From the NCBI GenBank assembly GCA_965113315.1, contig OZ220364.1: DNA of 64,000 nucleotides. One strand, given 5' to 3'. The translations under genes and the position numbers were made by a program. A model generated the notes under the pieces. It did not search any database. It had not been told where the DNA came from and saw only the letters and a program-made list of their open reading frames with translations. The DNA is from Podarcis vaucheri (lineage: Eukaryota). Shown one piece after another: positions 37,502 through 51,037 of the stretch. Numbering within the stretch: position 1 is the first letter of the stretch; each line of letters opens with the position of its first letter.

Positions 37502-37589
37502 CTTGTGATTAGCAGAAAACAACTCCTTTCTCAGCTTCTCTTTTGTATCGTTTGATGCTTTCTGAGACTCCTTCAGATTTTCATACTCC
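37502..37589 (-). CDS. TRAIP: TRAIP coding exon 8
   Basis: EYENLKESQKASNDTKEKLRKELFSANHK; 88 nt; AG/GTAAAA. Confidence 0.94.
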
Positions 37590-38570
37590 CTGGAGAGGGC
37601 CCAAATTAGTCCATCTGTTGAACATGCTTTCAAGCAAACGGCTCATAGATAAAGCCAGTAACCAAATTTAGACTGAAGATTTTCATTTCACAGCTTAAGT
37701 GCCTGCAGAAGTTTCTGTTATATATACAAGAACTTCCAGGGAGAAGACAGCACTGAACAAGCCAACACTGACTTGAACAGTGTTAAAACACCGATACACT
37801 ACAGCGTAGGCGAGAAAACATGCTTTCAGGGGAACAGCACTACTTGGTTTGGGCCGGGACAAGCAGCAGAATGGCAGAAGAGAATATTCCATGTCAAAAT
37901 GCATAGGATGTTTAAACAATCTTCAGTCGTGTACGGTATTTTACATTCTCATTAATGAAATGAGATGCAGCAATTCAATTTTTATTTTTAAGTTCAAGGT
38001 TCTAAAAGCAATTTAATACTATTATAAAACAGTGCTGAAGTTACTGATTACAATGCAGGTACACTTCACGCTGGTAGCTCATTATTAAAAGTTGTGATTA
38101 CCCATTTGCTATCTGACATTGCCTGCACAAGCTGTGAATTATAAACGGTATAAATAAAAAGGCCTCTAGTGCACACAGTAGGGACTGGCGACTACAGCAT
38201 ACTTAATGTCACAGCAGTGCAAAGCACTCTGCTCAGCACCAGGGAGATATTCAGGGGCCATGCTGCCTTACTCAGAATCATGACAATAATTCATCCCCTC
38301 CGTTCTCATCAAACAATCACCTCCTGAGCACTCTGGCAAAGCTCTGAAGGTGGTTTCCATAGCAATGGATGTGTCACTAATGCAACAATAGCATACTTGC
38401 AGTGTTGAAATCTTCCATCTATGCCACCTCAATTATATTCACCAAGGCTTAGCATTGCAACTAGCGTTCTGCCAGAGCACCTATTGTGATTAACTTTTCC
38501 ACCGATTCCTTTAGGGGGTACCACACAAACCCAATCCAAGTCAATAAGCTACTGCATTTAATACACCTAC

Positions 38571-38684
38571 TTTTTCAGTGAGATACAATAGACGGCAAGC
38601 TGTTCCACTGCGGCCTGACCTGTTCCCATTTCACGGATCATCTTTTCTACCTCGGGACGTTGACTTTGCAGCAGTGTCTCAATC
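38571..38684 (-). CDS. TRAIP: TRAIP coding exon 7
   Basis: IETLLQSQRPEVEKMIREMGTGQAAVEQLAVYCISLK; 114 nt; AG/GTAGGT. Confidence 0.95.
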
Positions 38685-38969
38685 CTGGTACGAAGGAAGG
38701 TAGATTACAGGTGGGTTGTTGCTTTTTGTTCAGTGGCAGGTTGTCCATGTTATAAAAACACAGAAACAGTTAATCCTGGAAGAGACACATCCTGCATTTC
38801 ACACTAGCAATGATTTCCCCCCAACATAGCTGGATTCATATGAACACTAGTGTGCTTCAGTTGAATGGGAATTATACTGATGCATTCCCCCCCCCCCAAT
38901 GATCTTACTGTATTTTATGTAAACCACTTGGTGATTTCACATATTAGATGGTATGTAAATATTATAAAT

Positions 38970-39323
38970 GGGACGCGGGTGGCGCTGTAGGTTAAACCAC
39001 AGAGCCTGGGACTTGCTGATCAGAAGGTCAGTGGTTTGAATCCCCACAACAGGGTGAGCTCCCGTTGCTCGGTCCCTGCTCCTGCCAACCTAGCAGTTCG
39101 AAAGCACATCAAAGTGCAAGTAGATAAATAGGTACCGCTCCGGCGGGAAGGTAAACAGCGTTTCCGTGTGCTGCTCTGGTTTGCCAGAAGCGGCTTAGTC
39201 ATGCTGGCCACATGACTCAGAAGCTGTACGCCGCCTCCCTTGGCCAGTAAAGCGATATGAGCGCCGCAACCCCGGAGTCGGTCACGACTGGACCTAATGG
39301 TCAGAGGTCCCTTTACTTTACCT
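38970..39323 (+). mobile_element. Full-length Sauria SINE
   Basis: GGGACGCGGGTGGCGCTG head, ACCTTT-type tail, perfect 14-bp TSD TAAATATTATAAAT. Confidence 0.95.
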
Positions 39324-39468
39324 TAAATATTATAAATAACAAGTTACCAGTATTAAATTTCCTCTAGCAAACAAACTCAGAAACATGGCCATTTGTAAGA
39401 AAGTTGAGCATCAATTATTATCAGACAAGCACATGATAAAGGGGCAAGGCTCATGTTGGAAACACTTA

Positions 39469-40155
39469 CCGTATTTACTCGAATGTAATGGGCCATTGAA
39501 TTTAATTTTTGTGATGTAATTTGGCAAAGAAAGGTGCACATTACATTCCTTCTTCCATCTGATCCCTCTTCCCTTCTCTCTGATTAGCTGGTGCAAGGCA
39601 GAGCGGAACCTTTGACCCTCAAGGGTGTCCGGAATGGAAAGGAGAGGCGGATACAGGTGGAAGGAAGGAAGGAAAAAGAGGAAGGACGGAACACAGAAGG
39701 AGAGTAGCCGTGATCTGGGCTGGAGAGCGAGAAAAAGTAAGAGGGAGAGATGAAGGAGTTGAGAAGGAGGAGCAGAGCAGAGCAGTAAGGACTGCCACTG
39801 GGTTCAGGGAGCAGAAGACCAGGAAACAGGGTGGCCAAGGCTCTACACACACGCAGGCTGCCAGCTCCTCCTTACTGCTGCTGCTTACTTCACTCCCCCC
39901 CCTCCTGCCACCTTAAGCCAAAAAGGAAGGGAGAGTATCCCCTGACAAATCACTGCAAATCTTTTGCCCTCCCCAGAAAGATTAAATTCGAGAGGAAGGC
40001 TGGGTCACGGGAGACCTAAGACACTGCATGCTAGTGTGCCCTGAAATCCTAAGAACTGTATTTTCTCGAATGTAATGTGCACTCGAATCTAATGCACACC
40101 CTAATTTTTGCAACATATTTGGCAAAACAGGTGTGCATTACAGGAGTAAATACAA
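39469..40155. mobile_element. Tc2/pogo-like non-autonomous element with about 480-bp unrelated internal segment
   Basis: TA-CCGTATTTACTCGA start and GAGTAAATAC..TA end; ends match the 180-bp element at 62924-63103. Confidence 0.7.
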
Positions 40156-40308
40156 TAAGTGTTTCTACTGCAAAGTTACAGACTCAGAGTTGGAAGAGGC
40201 CTCAAAGGTCATCTGGTCCAATGTTGTCTTCTAGAAATGTGAGGTTGCTGAGCAGTCTGCTAACAGAACCAGAAGATGTATGTATAGAGCCAAAGCTTGT
40301 TTTCTCAC

Positions 40309-40403
40309 CCCTCCAATGTTTTCAGTCTGTTTCTCAGCCTTCGGGCCTCCTCTTTTGCACTCTTCGCATCATCTTGCTGTTGCTCCAGATACTTCATTTG
40401 TTT
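40309..40403 (-). CDS. TRAIP: TRAIP coding exon 6 (coiled coil)
   Basis: KQMKYLEQQQDDAKSAKEEARRLRNRLKTLE+2 nt; 95 nt; AG/GTGAGA. Confidence 0.95.
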
Positions 40404-43400
40404 CTGAGAAAAAAAAGCACTATTTTTGTTTAAGAGGAATCCCCATGGAAGCAAAATTTGGACTTAACATCAAGCCATTTCCAAAGCTCTTGCTACTTCA
40501 ATAGCCCACAGTCTACATTTCAGGTGTCTGGCATATCCATGGATCATAACTTATCTAATAATAATATTTACAGATTGAGGTCATTGCTTACAAATGAGAG
40601 AAGTACTTAATTCCAGGAAAAAAATATTCCCCCTTAAATACTTCTTGTTTCCACTCTTGCAATGAATTTTTTTTTTTAAGTGCCACATGAATGCTTCATG
40701 GCAACTTGTTCATGATCTGTAGAAAACTGTATCATGCATGCGGTCTAATTTAAGTGCAACATGGTAGGAACAAACTTGTACAATATCATGATTTCTCTTT
40801 TGTGAGCAGGAAAATATCTCACAAATTCCTTCCTTTCATTTTACTCTGCTCTCATGAGACCACCACCAAAAGTCTACCCCACTTTAACCATCATCATATT
40901 GTAACAGCTTCTATACTTATATTAAAATGAACAGCTTCCTTGAATATAGAGTGACCTGTGCAGGATCAATGCAGTGTGCGTTTAGGGAGCTTCCTCAGCA
41001 GATTTAAAGAAAATAAACCTCCTTCAATACACTTGTGATTTCTAGGCTTTGATTGGGTTGGTCAGCTTAGCACAAACTTCAAAGGATCCTTACTACTTTC
41101 CCTCTGAACTGAAAGCTAGGGAAGAAGCAATGCTGTTTGATCCTACTTCAGAGAAAAGAATGGCCAAAGACTAGAATATCTATACAAGATGATATTAAGC
41201 TTTACTCCATACAGAAGGTGAAATATTCTAGATGTATTTGCCAACTTACTACTTCCCTACCTCATGTACTTACAGAAATGAATGCCTAAAATGCTGGCTG
41301 GCTGATGAGAGCTCACTCAGTCTTTGTTAATCCCCAGTTTTTACAACTCTTCCCAACGCTTCCATTTTAACTTTTTAACTCCTCAGCAGCATCTAGCTGG
41401 TAATGCTAATGCATTTAATGGCCAGAACAGGAAGGGCACAGCGGATTTAGCTTCTGCTGTTGCTAGAGAGGCTTTCTCCAGCACAGCCAAGAAGGAAAAG
41501 CAAAGCTCACCCATTTGGCACTTGCCGCACATTGATAGCATGCTTGGAGACAGCTTCGGTTGGAATTCTGTTTTTCAGAATTGGGAAGAAATTCTAAGCT
41601 CTAGACAGAAAATGCATACAAAGTTTGAAAGCTGTCTCCAAATCTGGGGTGGGGTGCAGTTGCCTCAGATTACATAATTAATAGGCTTAGAGCAGCTGCA
41701 GGGTCTGCATGATTAGAAAAAGCACCGAATAAAGTACACTTCACTGAAACATCAACTGTCCTGGGAGAAGTCAGAATATGGAAGAGCAATGAAAAGATAG
41801 CATGAATGATTTGTGTATCTCAGCTTCCTTCTGATCATGTCACATTAAAAGTGCAGCCTAAAATGCGACATCTGTTGAGCACCAAGAGAAACAACCCTTT
41901 TCTGCTTGCCAACTCATGAAACTGCATTCATATCAACAGAGATCTAAAAGGCAGAAACAAGTCGTTATAACCCATCTAACTCACATCATTTCCAGAAACG
42001 CATCTTGACATGGAAGTTCTCACTTAAAATGTCTTCCACTATCACACAGCCAAACTGTGTTTTCAGCTTAGCCTCTTTTCTCAAGGCATAATATTTGAGA
42101 AAATATTATCTGAAGGCATAATATTTGACCCATGGACCTATGGTATCATAGGACATCATATCAGGAATTATGGTAAAAATCAATTTACTTGGGCATTATT
42201 TTTGGATGGGATGGAAGAGGATGTGGCTAGTAGTCTAAAACCAAATCAACAAACATTTGTCTTCAGCAGATGCCAAGGTCGTATTCCTTAAAAAAAAAAT
42301 ATGATTTTTTTTGGGCATAAAATACCATTAAAATCAGCCTAGTCTGCAGAACAAGAATAAAAAACCAAGATATAGAAAAGAAGAGAAAAGAGAGGGAATA
42401 ACTATAAGGTTCTTTATTCCATCTATATCCTATCATTTATCCACACACACAGAGGTGGACCCTCCCAGATCCCACTTGGTTGTATTCCTAAGCAATGCGG
42501 GAGGAGATATTCATTCTCAAAACAGACCAGACTCACTACAGCTACTTTTACATGCTAGTGCAGAACACTGGTGACGTACATACTTTCTTCCCATTTCAAC
42601 CCCTTGATAAGCACGAATGTCACTTTTTTATAGGGACAGTTTAGCACAGGGTAGAGAAATGCATTTGGCCGGAAGGCCAGTTTCTGATCCCCTACCGCCT
42701 CTAGGCCCGTTTGACGTCAGGCTATGAAACTCTTTGATGCCCTGACAATGGGCTCTTTGCAAGAGGCTTGTAAGGAGTACAGTGCTGTGCTTTGAAGTCC
42801 CAATGATCTGTTGACTGTTGGCACTTCAGAAGCACTGCATGTGGGGCTTCTGATTTATAGTGCTTCTGAAGCACTATAAATCCCGATTGTTGGGACTTGT
42901 GCCCAGAGTTTCTAAAGCATTTCAGAAGTCCTTATGGCCCAGCTGTCTAGTTACTTGATCACATCTAACATCATACATGACATCAGTTGATTGGGCCAAG
43001 CCAGCCTCACCTGCCAAGCATCCTGTTTTCCCAAACCTGAGCGAACACCAAACCAGCAAAATCAAGAAAGTGTTACATCCTGCATTTGGGCTTTTTAAAG
43101 ATAAAAGCAAAGGGAAGCAAATGTCAAAACCTTAGATTTGGAATCATCCGGTATTCCATGATGGAAGTCTCACCTGCCTGGTTTATACTTGCTTCATCTT
43201 TTGTCTCCCCTGCTAAGTCTAAAAGGACTTTTTACCTTAGGATGCTGGATGTTGTACATTAAAACTTTCAAGTCATACCATGAGATGTATTTAAGATACA
43301 GTACAATCACATCCTATGTGGCGGCTCATTTCCAAGGGTTCAATGTATACATGGAAGCACGTATACTCAAACTGCCTCCATGCAAGCCAGTGCACTGAGC

Positions 43401-43702
43401 ACACATTGGGCCCCCCAACCAAGGCAGAGAGCTTAAAAACTCTTTCTGCACTGGGAAAACCTGGCATAAAAGGAGGTTGTAAGCGCTTCACCTTACTTGG
43501 ATTTAAGTCTCACAGTTCCAATCAGCTCACCTTCAACTGTGTATGGTTGAAATCAGGAAGATTAAATGATTTTACAGTACGATGGCATCTTATACGCAAA
43601 CACACAGTCTCACACTACTTCTTCTTTTTACCTTCAGATATATGGTAACCAGAAGAGAATCTTATCATATTACAGCACAGACCCAGACCATTTTGAACAT
43701 AC

Positions 43703-43830
43703 CTTGAGAGTAGCACACAACATTGTCATCTGAGTCACAGATTTCTGGAGTGATTCAATGGTGGCATTACGCAAATCCAGGGTCTCCCTTAGTGAATTCA
43801 CAATATTTTGGATATCCCGTTTCTCCTTCT
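43703..43830 (-). CDS. TRAIP: TRAIP coding exon 5 (coiled coil)
   Basis: EKEKRDIQNIVNSLRETLDLRNATIESLQKSVTQMTMLCATLK; 128 nt; AG/GTATGT. Confidence 0.95.
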
Positions 43831-43963
43831 CTGAAACAAAAACACACACACACATAATTACAGTGCTTTAAACAAATCTCCCCAAGTTCTTTAGGTCTTT
43901 GGACTTGGGGCAGGAACGTGACGAACGACAAGCAAAGCAAGGGGAACTTTCAAAGGCATAAAA

Positions 43964-44102
43964 CAGGGCTGGCTAAACTGTGGCCCTCCAGTTGCTGTTA
44001 GGGCTCCAACTATTATCAGCTCCAGCCACTGTGGCCAATGATCATGAATGACAGGAGCTGTAGTCCAGCAACTTCTGGAGGGATCCAATTTAGCCACCCT
44101 TG
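43964..44102. mobile_element. Short palindromic hAT MITE
   Basis: CAGGGCTGGCTAAA / TTTAGCCACCCTTG termini; CCCTCCAG / CTGGAGGG arms. Confidence 0.7.
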
Positions 44103-45626
44103 GTCTAGAAATTGCTTGGAACTATTGGATGGCCATTACTGAATCTGTTCTGCGAGAACCATGTGCCACTTCAAATAATCCTTGTTACAAGCTCCACTAA
44201 GCTTCAAGGTTTCTTTAGAACAAGAGTAAAAGCGTGCTCTCTTCAGAACCTGTTCAGTTGGCAATGCCAATATGGTAGCCATCAGCTCCCACCCTCCCAA
44301 GCATCAAAACAAGCTCCGGTACAATTAAGTACTGTGCAGGGAGTCAGCATTATTCATAAACATAACATTTACAAAACCATGAAATTTTGATGTCTGACTT
44401 TAAAAGACTCTGTATTCTGTTTTTGGTGTGAACCCTTGTGTGCTGGGTACATGCTTAGGCAAGATTTCAGCTGTTCCTGTGAATAGTGAGACAACGATGA
44501 CACACAGAACAATTATGTTACTGTATTGTTACATTCCTATTCTAACTTATTTACTTTCACCACACTTTGCGCCCTGAGCAAGAAATTTAAATGTAACGTA
44601 CTTCGTTTAATTCCTGGAACAAAACACATTGTCCCAGTTTGTGCATCTGCAAAAGTTACAGGACCATCAAGACTTCATAAAAGACACATTTATATTAGAG
44701 ATATGGCAGGCCTGCAAAACTGATTAGGCAGATAATCACCTTTAATTCCCCTCCAAAGAGCACCTAAAGTGTGTCAAAGCTTCAATGTGTTTCTTAACCA
44801 AGCAAGGTACAGTGCTACAAGCCACCCTCAGGTTCAATATAGCAGTTGCTCCTGTCTCAGTATGCAAGCTATGAGGGAAGTTGTTCATCTCAGGGAGAGA
44901 TGTAGCTTATTTTTGGCTCCTTAATTTGTAATTGTCGAGGAAGGCAAACAGTCCAATGGGAAAAGACAGCTCATTAGAAACAGAAGAACCCTCCCTTGGT
45001 TGCTCATTTAAAATCTCTTCATTTTACTGCATTCTCATGTTTTGGAATTTCTGTCATTCATTTTGAGTGACATTTTCCCTTCACTGCCTATGACTCACAG
45101 CTGCCTACAGACAATGCTTTAAAAGCCATCAACAAAGTCTCCAAGGCTTTCACTTAACTGTCTCCATAAAGCATTTCTAAAATTAAAGTTACAATGCTCT
45201 TTAAAGCAATGGGGAAATGGAATCACATGAGCAACCAGACACATGGACCATCATTCAGATAGCTGGCAAAATCCTCTCCCCTCCTCCGTTTCCTACTTCT
45301 ATTTGGTTTCTCAATTATATGCAACACCTCTGCAATTTTTCACTACAAAACCACTGACATTAGGCAGGTACAAGTTTCGTAACAAGGAGGCATTTACCTT
45401 AAGTTTATCTGAATAGTCTCACTTAAGTTTTTCACCAAGCTCAGCTGTGTCATGCCAAATCCCTGTGGCTGAGCAGAGTCTTTAAACTCTGGTCAACAAG
45501 TGACCCAAAGCATTTCATGTATATATGTGTTTGGAGTGGAGTGAGTGGGAAGTATCTTAACTCTTCAGTTTTAAACACAGCTTTAAGTCATCATGCAAGG
45601 CTTGTTAATACTTAAAAAATAAAATA

Positions 45627-45990
45627 AAAGGGTAAAGGACCCCTGACAGTTAAGTCCAGTCGCGGACGACGCTGGGGTTGCAGCGCTCATCTCGCTTTTC
45701 TGGCTGAGGGAGCTGATGTTTGTCTGCAAACAGTTTTTCCGGGTCATGTGGCCATCATGACGAAGCCGTTACTGGCGAAACCAGAGCAGTGCATAGAAAC
45801 ACCGTTTACCTTCCCGCGGGAGCGGTACCTATTTATCTACTTGCACTTTGACGTGCTTTTGAACTGCTAGGTTGGCAGGAGCTGGGACAGAGCAATGGGA
45901 GCTCACCCCGTCGCGCGGATTCGAACCGCCGACCTTCTGACCGGCAAGCCCTAGGCTCTGTGGTTTAGACCACAGCGCCAACCGTATCTC
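45627..45990 (-). mobile_element. Sauria SINE
   Basis: Same body as the 9953 and 38970 copies, reverse orientation. Confidence 0.92.
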
Positions 45991-46079
45991 AGTAGTCTTC
46001 AGTAAAGTTAATACTTTACTGGGACACATAAATACTTTACTAAAGGGCAAACCTCTTCCTCTTCTATTTTTCAACTCAC

Positions 46080-46119
46080 CTTTCATGGCTAACTGGGCTT
46101 TCATCCTATCCAGTTCATT
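46080..46119 (-). CDS. TRAIP: TRAIP coding exon 4
   Basis: NELDRMKAQLAMK+1 nt; 40 nt; AG/GTGAGT. Confidence 0.93.
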
Positions 46120-47221
46120 CTGAAATATAACACATAAAAAAACAAATTAGGTGGCAGCACAACATACAAGCCCATATCAGAGCTTTAAAAGGTGTGTCAG
46201 AGTGATTTTAGGATATCTACCCAAACACTATTCACACTCACACGGACCAAGTTATGCAGAAAATAGTCACAACTGTCGAAGCTTTATTAATAACCTATAT
46301 CCTAGGATTATTTTAGAAGTGGGCAGAGGGCTGGAGCTCAGAACTGAAAAAAACATCAAGAGCGATTGTCTCACCACTTGCCGCCCTATTTCTCACACTG
46401 TCATTTTGCTTTTGTCAAACAGCTTTAGAAATCTCAAATGGGAAAAACAACAACGAAGAAGTATTTCAACACTATTTTAACTTAACAAGCCAGCCAAGCA
46501 CAGATCCTGCCAGAAAGAATTTGAGCCCCAAATATTTTTAACTAATATTTGTAATCAATGGATAATTAGCTGGAGTGCAATAGTGTTACAAAACTAGTGT
46601 TTGGAGAGAGTCCAACAAGCAATTTATGAATGCATCTCGATAGAGGCACAATGAGTCAAACCAAACGCTTGTTTAATGCTCATTCAAATGAGCTTGGAAA
46701 TTGACAGCGACACAGAACAGCAGCTGGATGAAAGGGCAGCAATGAACTGGCTGGCACCAAGTAGGTTGAGGAGGTGCCAAATGAACACCCAAAGGAGCTA
46801 TGCAACAGCTGGCAGTATTTAATACTGAAAAAATAAAATACATGGCATGTAGCCAGAATTTACAGTACTTAATGATGCCAACATGTGTTGGGAAGTTTTC
46901 CTTTTGCACATGAGTCTGGCAAACTGCTCTGAGCTGAAAACATTCCTTCCTAGAATGTTCAGTTCACATTGAGTTCATGGAACATTGTACCCTGACCTGT
47001 TCTTAATGCATGGTAGACCACATCTACGGAATGCGATGGTTATGTTCTTTTAAGTCTTACTATATCAATCACTAGTTATAATGATTAATGATATAGTATA
47101 ATGATTGCTATATCAATCATTAGTAATTGTTTAAGGAGGTTTTCACGCCTGTCCAATTCTGTGTTCCCTTCCCCAACCTTTAATCTATTGATGATTAATG
47201 CCTATATGCAACCCTATATGC

Positions 47222-47563
47222 CAGTGTTTTTCAACCTTTTTTGGGCAAAGGCACACTTGTTTCATGAAAAAAATCACGAGGCACACCACCACTGTGTGCG
47301 GAGAGGGAGATGTCAGAGCCCTGCTGCTCTCTATGGGGAATCGGATGAGAGCGGACTGCCTGTCCGCTCTCATCCAATCTGATCCCCACCCAGGATGGAT
47401 GGAAAATAGGGTGGACACAGTCCAGCGCCCGTCTAGTGGGCAAAAATTTGACTTTTTTTTTTTTAAAAAAAAAGCTTTCGAATTTTTCAATTTTTCCCAC
47501 GGCACACCAGGCAACATCTCGCGGCACAATAGTGTGCCGCGGAACAGTGGTTGAAAAACACTG
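47222..47563. mobile_element. Non-autonomous hAT element, sister of 12352-12854
   Basis: TIR CAGTGTTTTTCAACC / GGTTGAAAAACACTG; 8-bp TSD CTATATGC; shared GGCACAC subterminal blocks. Confidence 0.92.
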
Positions 47564-48423
47564 CTATATGCAACCCTTGCATTGTATTTGTGTTAACCAA
47601 TCAGCAACAAGCACATATGTGGTAATGCTGTAATATTCAATAAAAGGGACTCCCCGACACATGCTCGGGGGATGCCTCCCATATTACACTTGCCATTCGT
47701 CTGTCGTTTATTTCAACCCAACAAACATGGATCTACTTCATGCTCATATTTCTACTTTAAAAAGAAAAAGGAAAAGCTGATTTATCAGGTGGGGGTGGGG
47801 GTGGAATCTGATGAGAGTCTGCAAACCCTAGAAAGCATAAAGGCTGAATTAGGCCTGCAGGACATAGCAGACAATAAGCTGGGCATTGAGTAAAATGTAG
47901 TATGACAGCACCCTCACCCCCCACCAAACACAGCATGTTGCTGAAACTATTCATGCAAAGACATCATGTCTATATTAATTTAAGAAAATAATTAATTAAA
48001 TAAGGTCACCAAACTAACAGCATGTCATTCATGGTGCACTGCAGTATATTGTATGGATTATTAGAATCTCATGGCAAATATGTTGTTGAAATAAAATGGT
48101 TAGGAAACTAAATAAATAAATCAGAAGGCATTGAAACACAAGCTGACAACATAATACGGAGTGAAATATGATTGTACACACACAGCTTGTATGGGCAGGG
48201 TAGAAGCCAAAGTATCCCTCTTCCCTTATTTGACAGCAATACCAGCAATATGTACACTAAGGCTTCCTTTCTCTTCCATTGAAGTAAAGAAGAGATGTGT
48301 TTTATAGGAATCTCAATGATGCAGCTCAGTAGACTGCCTGGAGGTTGATAAGGGAAGCTTAGGGCAGAGATGAAGAGGGCTTATGCCTGCCCTCCATTTG
48401 TATGGAGCTATATTAAAATGGGA

Positions 48424-48697
48424 GGGACGCAGGTGGTGCCGTGTGTTAAACCACAGAGCTAGGGCTTTCCGATCAGAAGGTCGGCGGTTCGAATCCCCGT
48501 GACGGGGTGAGCTCCTGTTGCTCGGTTCCTGCTCCTGCCAACCTAGCAGTTCGAAAGCACGAAGTGCAAGGCTTAGTCATGCTGGCCACATGACCCGGAA
48601 GCTGTACAGCGGCTCCCTCGGCCAATAAAGCGAGATGAGCACCGCAACCCCAGAGTTGGCCACGACTGGACCTAATAGTCAGGGGTCCCTTTCCCTT
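48424..48697 (+). mobile_element. Sauria SINE with about 70-bp internal deletion
   Basis: Head and tail intact; 15-bp TSD TATAT(T/C)AAAATGGGA; junction GTGCAAG|GCTTAGTC. Confidence 0.92.
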
Positions 48698-50953
48698 TAT
48701 ATCAAAATGGGACGAGAGGAAGGGCTGATCCTAGAATAAAACACGTAGGAGAAAGTGTTGGCAAGTTTGATGTGACAGAAGAAAGGGAATGAGGTCTCTA
48801 CCAAGTCAACTGGGATCCAGAAAGTGCAACAAAAGAGGCAGCCCAGGGTTCATTTCACGTTTGGGAAGCATATCAGGGAAAGGAAATCAGCTATGTGGAA
48901 TTATGAGGAAACCTGGTGCGAATGCTAAGTTTGGAAGAAAGGAAGCAGTGAAAGTAGAAGGAGCCTTTATGGTGGTACCCCAGCCCATAACTAATTTAGA
49001 ATGTGGATCATTTTTATTTAAGGGAAACTGGACAACGCATGGGCTATTTGTACATATATTAATGGTTAAAAAATTTATGCCAGTGACAAGTTGGGGGGGC
49101 AATGAGAGACTTGGGGCACCTTAAAGGGTCGCAAATAAGTGGACTTTAGCCCACAAAAAACTTATACCATACTAAATTTGTCAGTCTAAGGTGTCACAAT
49201 AGACCAATTGCTGCAACAGACCAACACATCTACCCCTCTAAATATTGGAGCAAGATAGTTGACCCCCCTCAATTCCATGGACTTGTAGCATCCACAATAC
49301 AAAACTAACATTAGTGCTATATATGCTAATAACTATTAGCAGCTGCCAACTTATAGCCAAGAATGTTCTTGTTATAACAGGAAGCAAACCAAGAGATGGT
49401 GTTTCTCTTTATTGCTATGCCATCCTACTCTGGAAAAAAATGTGGTTTTCAGTATTTTGCAGCTCAAGAGTAACACCTGGCAAACCACTGCTGCTTCATT
49501 CAAGTGAACTAATGCTTTCTATGGCTCTCTAGGTGTGCTAGCATAAGTATTCACTTTGCCGATTGGCTGAACTGTTACTTAAGGTACTCAAGATATGTTG
49601 TTGCTATGACAGGAACACATTTAATTCTCAGTCATCCTTATCTGTAATAACTTTCCTTTGTTGAATAGTGCACCTACTGAATAATATGCTTAAAGAAATC
49701 CTAGTAAATATAAAGAGAGCTTTTATGTGCATCAAGTTATTTTTGAATCTATGCAACTACCTTGTTTATTGACCACATTTATCAGGTTGCTTTTAGTCTC
49801 TTTTCTGTGAATATGACAGCTTTATTTCTGATGGAACTGTTACCTATATCAGGGAATTAGGCACACAGACACAAAACTTGTCGTCATGGAAATTCTAATT
49901 ATGACAACCATAGCACATGCTAACTTTAAACACAAGAGGGTAGAAGAGTCCTATTATATCAAGGTCAATGGAGACTTTTTAAATGACTAAGATACAGAGG
50001 AAATAGCATTTTGCCAAGGATAAATTATTGTTGAGAGTACACAGCGCTTTAGCACCATGATTTTGCATTCAGGATTTCTCATTGCCAGCACAGTAGTGAT
50101 CTCAAACACGTTAAGGCTGCAATCCCACAGACATTCACCTTAGAGTAGGTTCCATTGGTTCTAACCTAATTGGGTTTATTTCAAAGTAAACACATACAGG
50201 ATTGCACTATAATTGATGTACCTTCCCAGATGAAGCTTGTCTTAAATATTTATTCGTAACACAGTATGTATCATAAGATTATAGCCTATGTTTTTCCAAG
50301 TCTTGTAACATTATTATATATCCTACACCCATACACACTGTGCAATCTAATTTTTGTATTATTTTTTAAATGTCTCTTTCTCTTATTGTGGATCAAAAGA
50401 TCTCACAGAGCAAGCTAACTGATAACACTGAGGAACAGTAAAAATGTAACTATGTGCCTAGTTGTTAGATGAAGACTATAAACAGACCGTATTCTTTTAA
50501 CAGCTTCCACCCAATGAGCATTGCAAAGACTGCAAACTATCCTCTCTTCGCTTGTTCCTACAGGCAACTAGAACAACATTCCATTCAGCCTCCAGACTTT
50601 AACATAGCTGTGTTACTCCTGATCTGCACAATATCCGAGGATAATAGGAAGAGGCTAACAAAAACAAACATAATTAAGAAGGCCATGCTCTTTGAAAGGA
50701 GTCTGAATGGCAGAAAATTGGAAGAAATTGATAGAATTCCTTTCATGTCAACTTGCTCTTAAAATGAAAGCATTTTTAAACCCGAAGATCTGAGGTCATG
50801 TAGAGTCTAACTGAGGTGGGCCTCCAGAAGCAGAAACAAGTGCAGAAGCAGATTCACCTTTGATCCTATGCCTAGCCAATGACAGGAAATATTTACAGGG
50901 AAGATTTTTTTTTTAAACATAGATGATGGGAGCAAGCTGTTGCACATACATAC

Positions 50954-51037
50954 CTGTAGACTTTCTGCATCCAGTCCTGTCTGTTCCTCCAGGGCAACAT
51001 CAAAGAACAGTTTGTTGATTATGTGTCTTTTGCCAAC
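50954..51037 (-). CDS. TRAIP: TRAIP coding exon 3
   Basis: VGKRHIINKLFFDVALEEQTGLDAESLQ; 84 nt; AG/GTATGT. Confidence 0.95.

Noticed and set aside
43174-43218. Possible poison cassette exon in TRAIP intron 5 (donor CAG|GTGAGA)
   Set aside because: Weak acceptor; such donors occur by chance; unsupported without RNA data.
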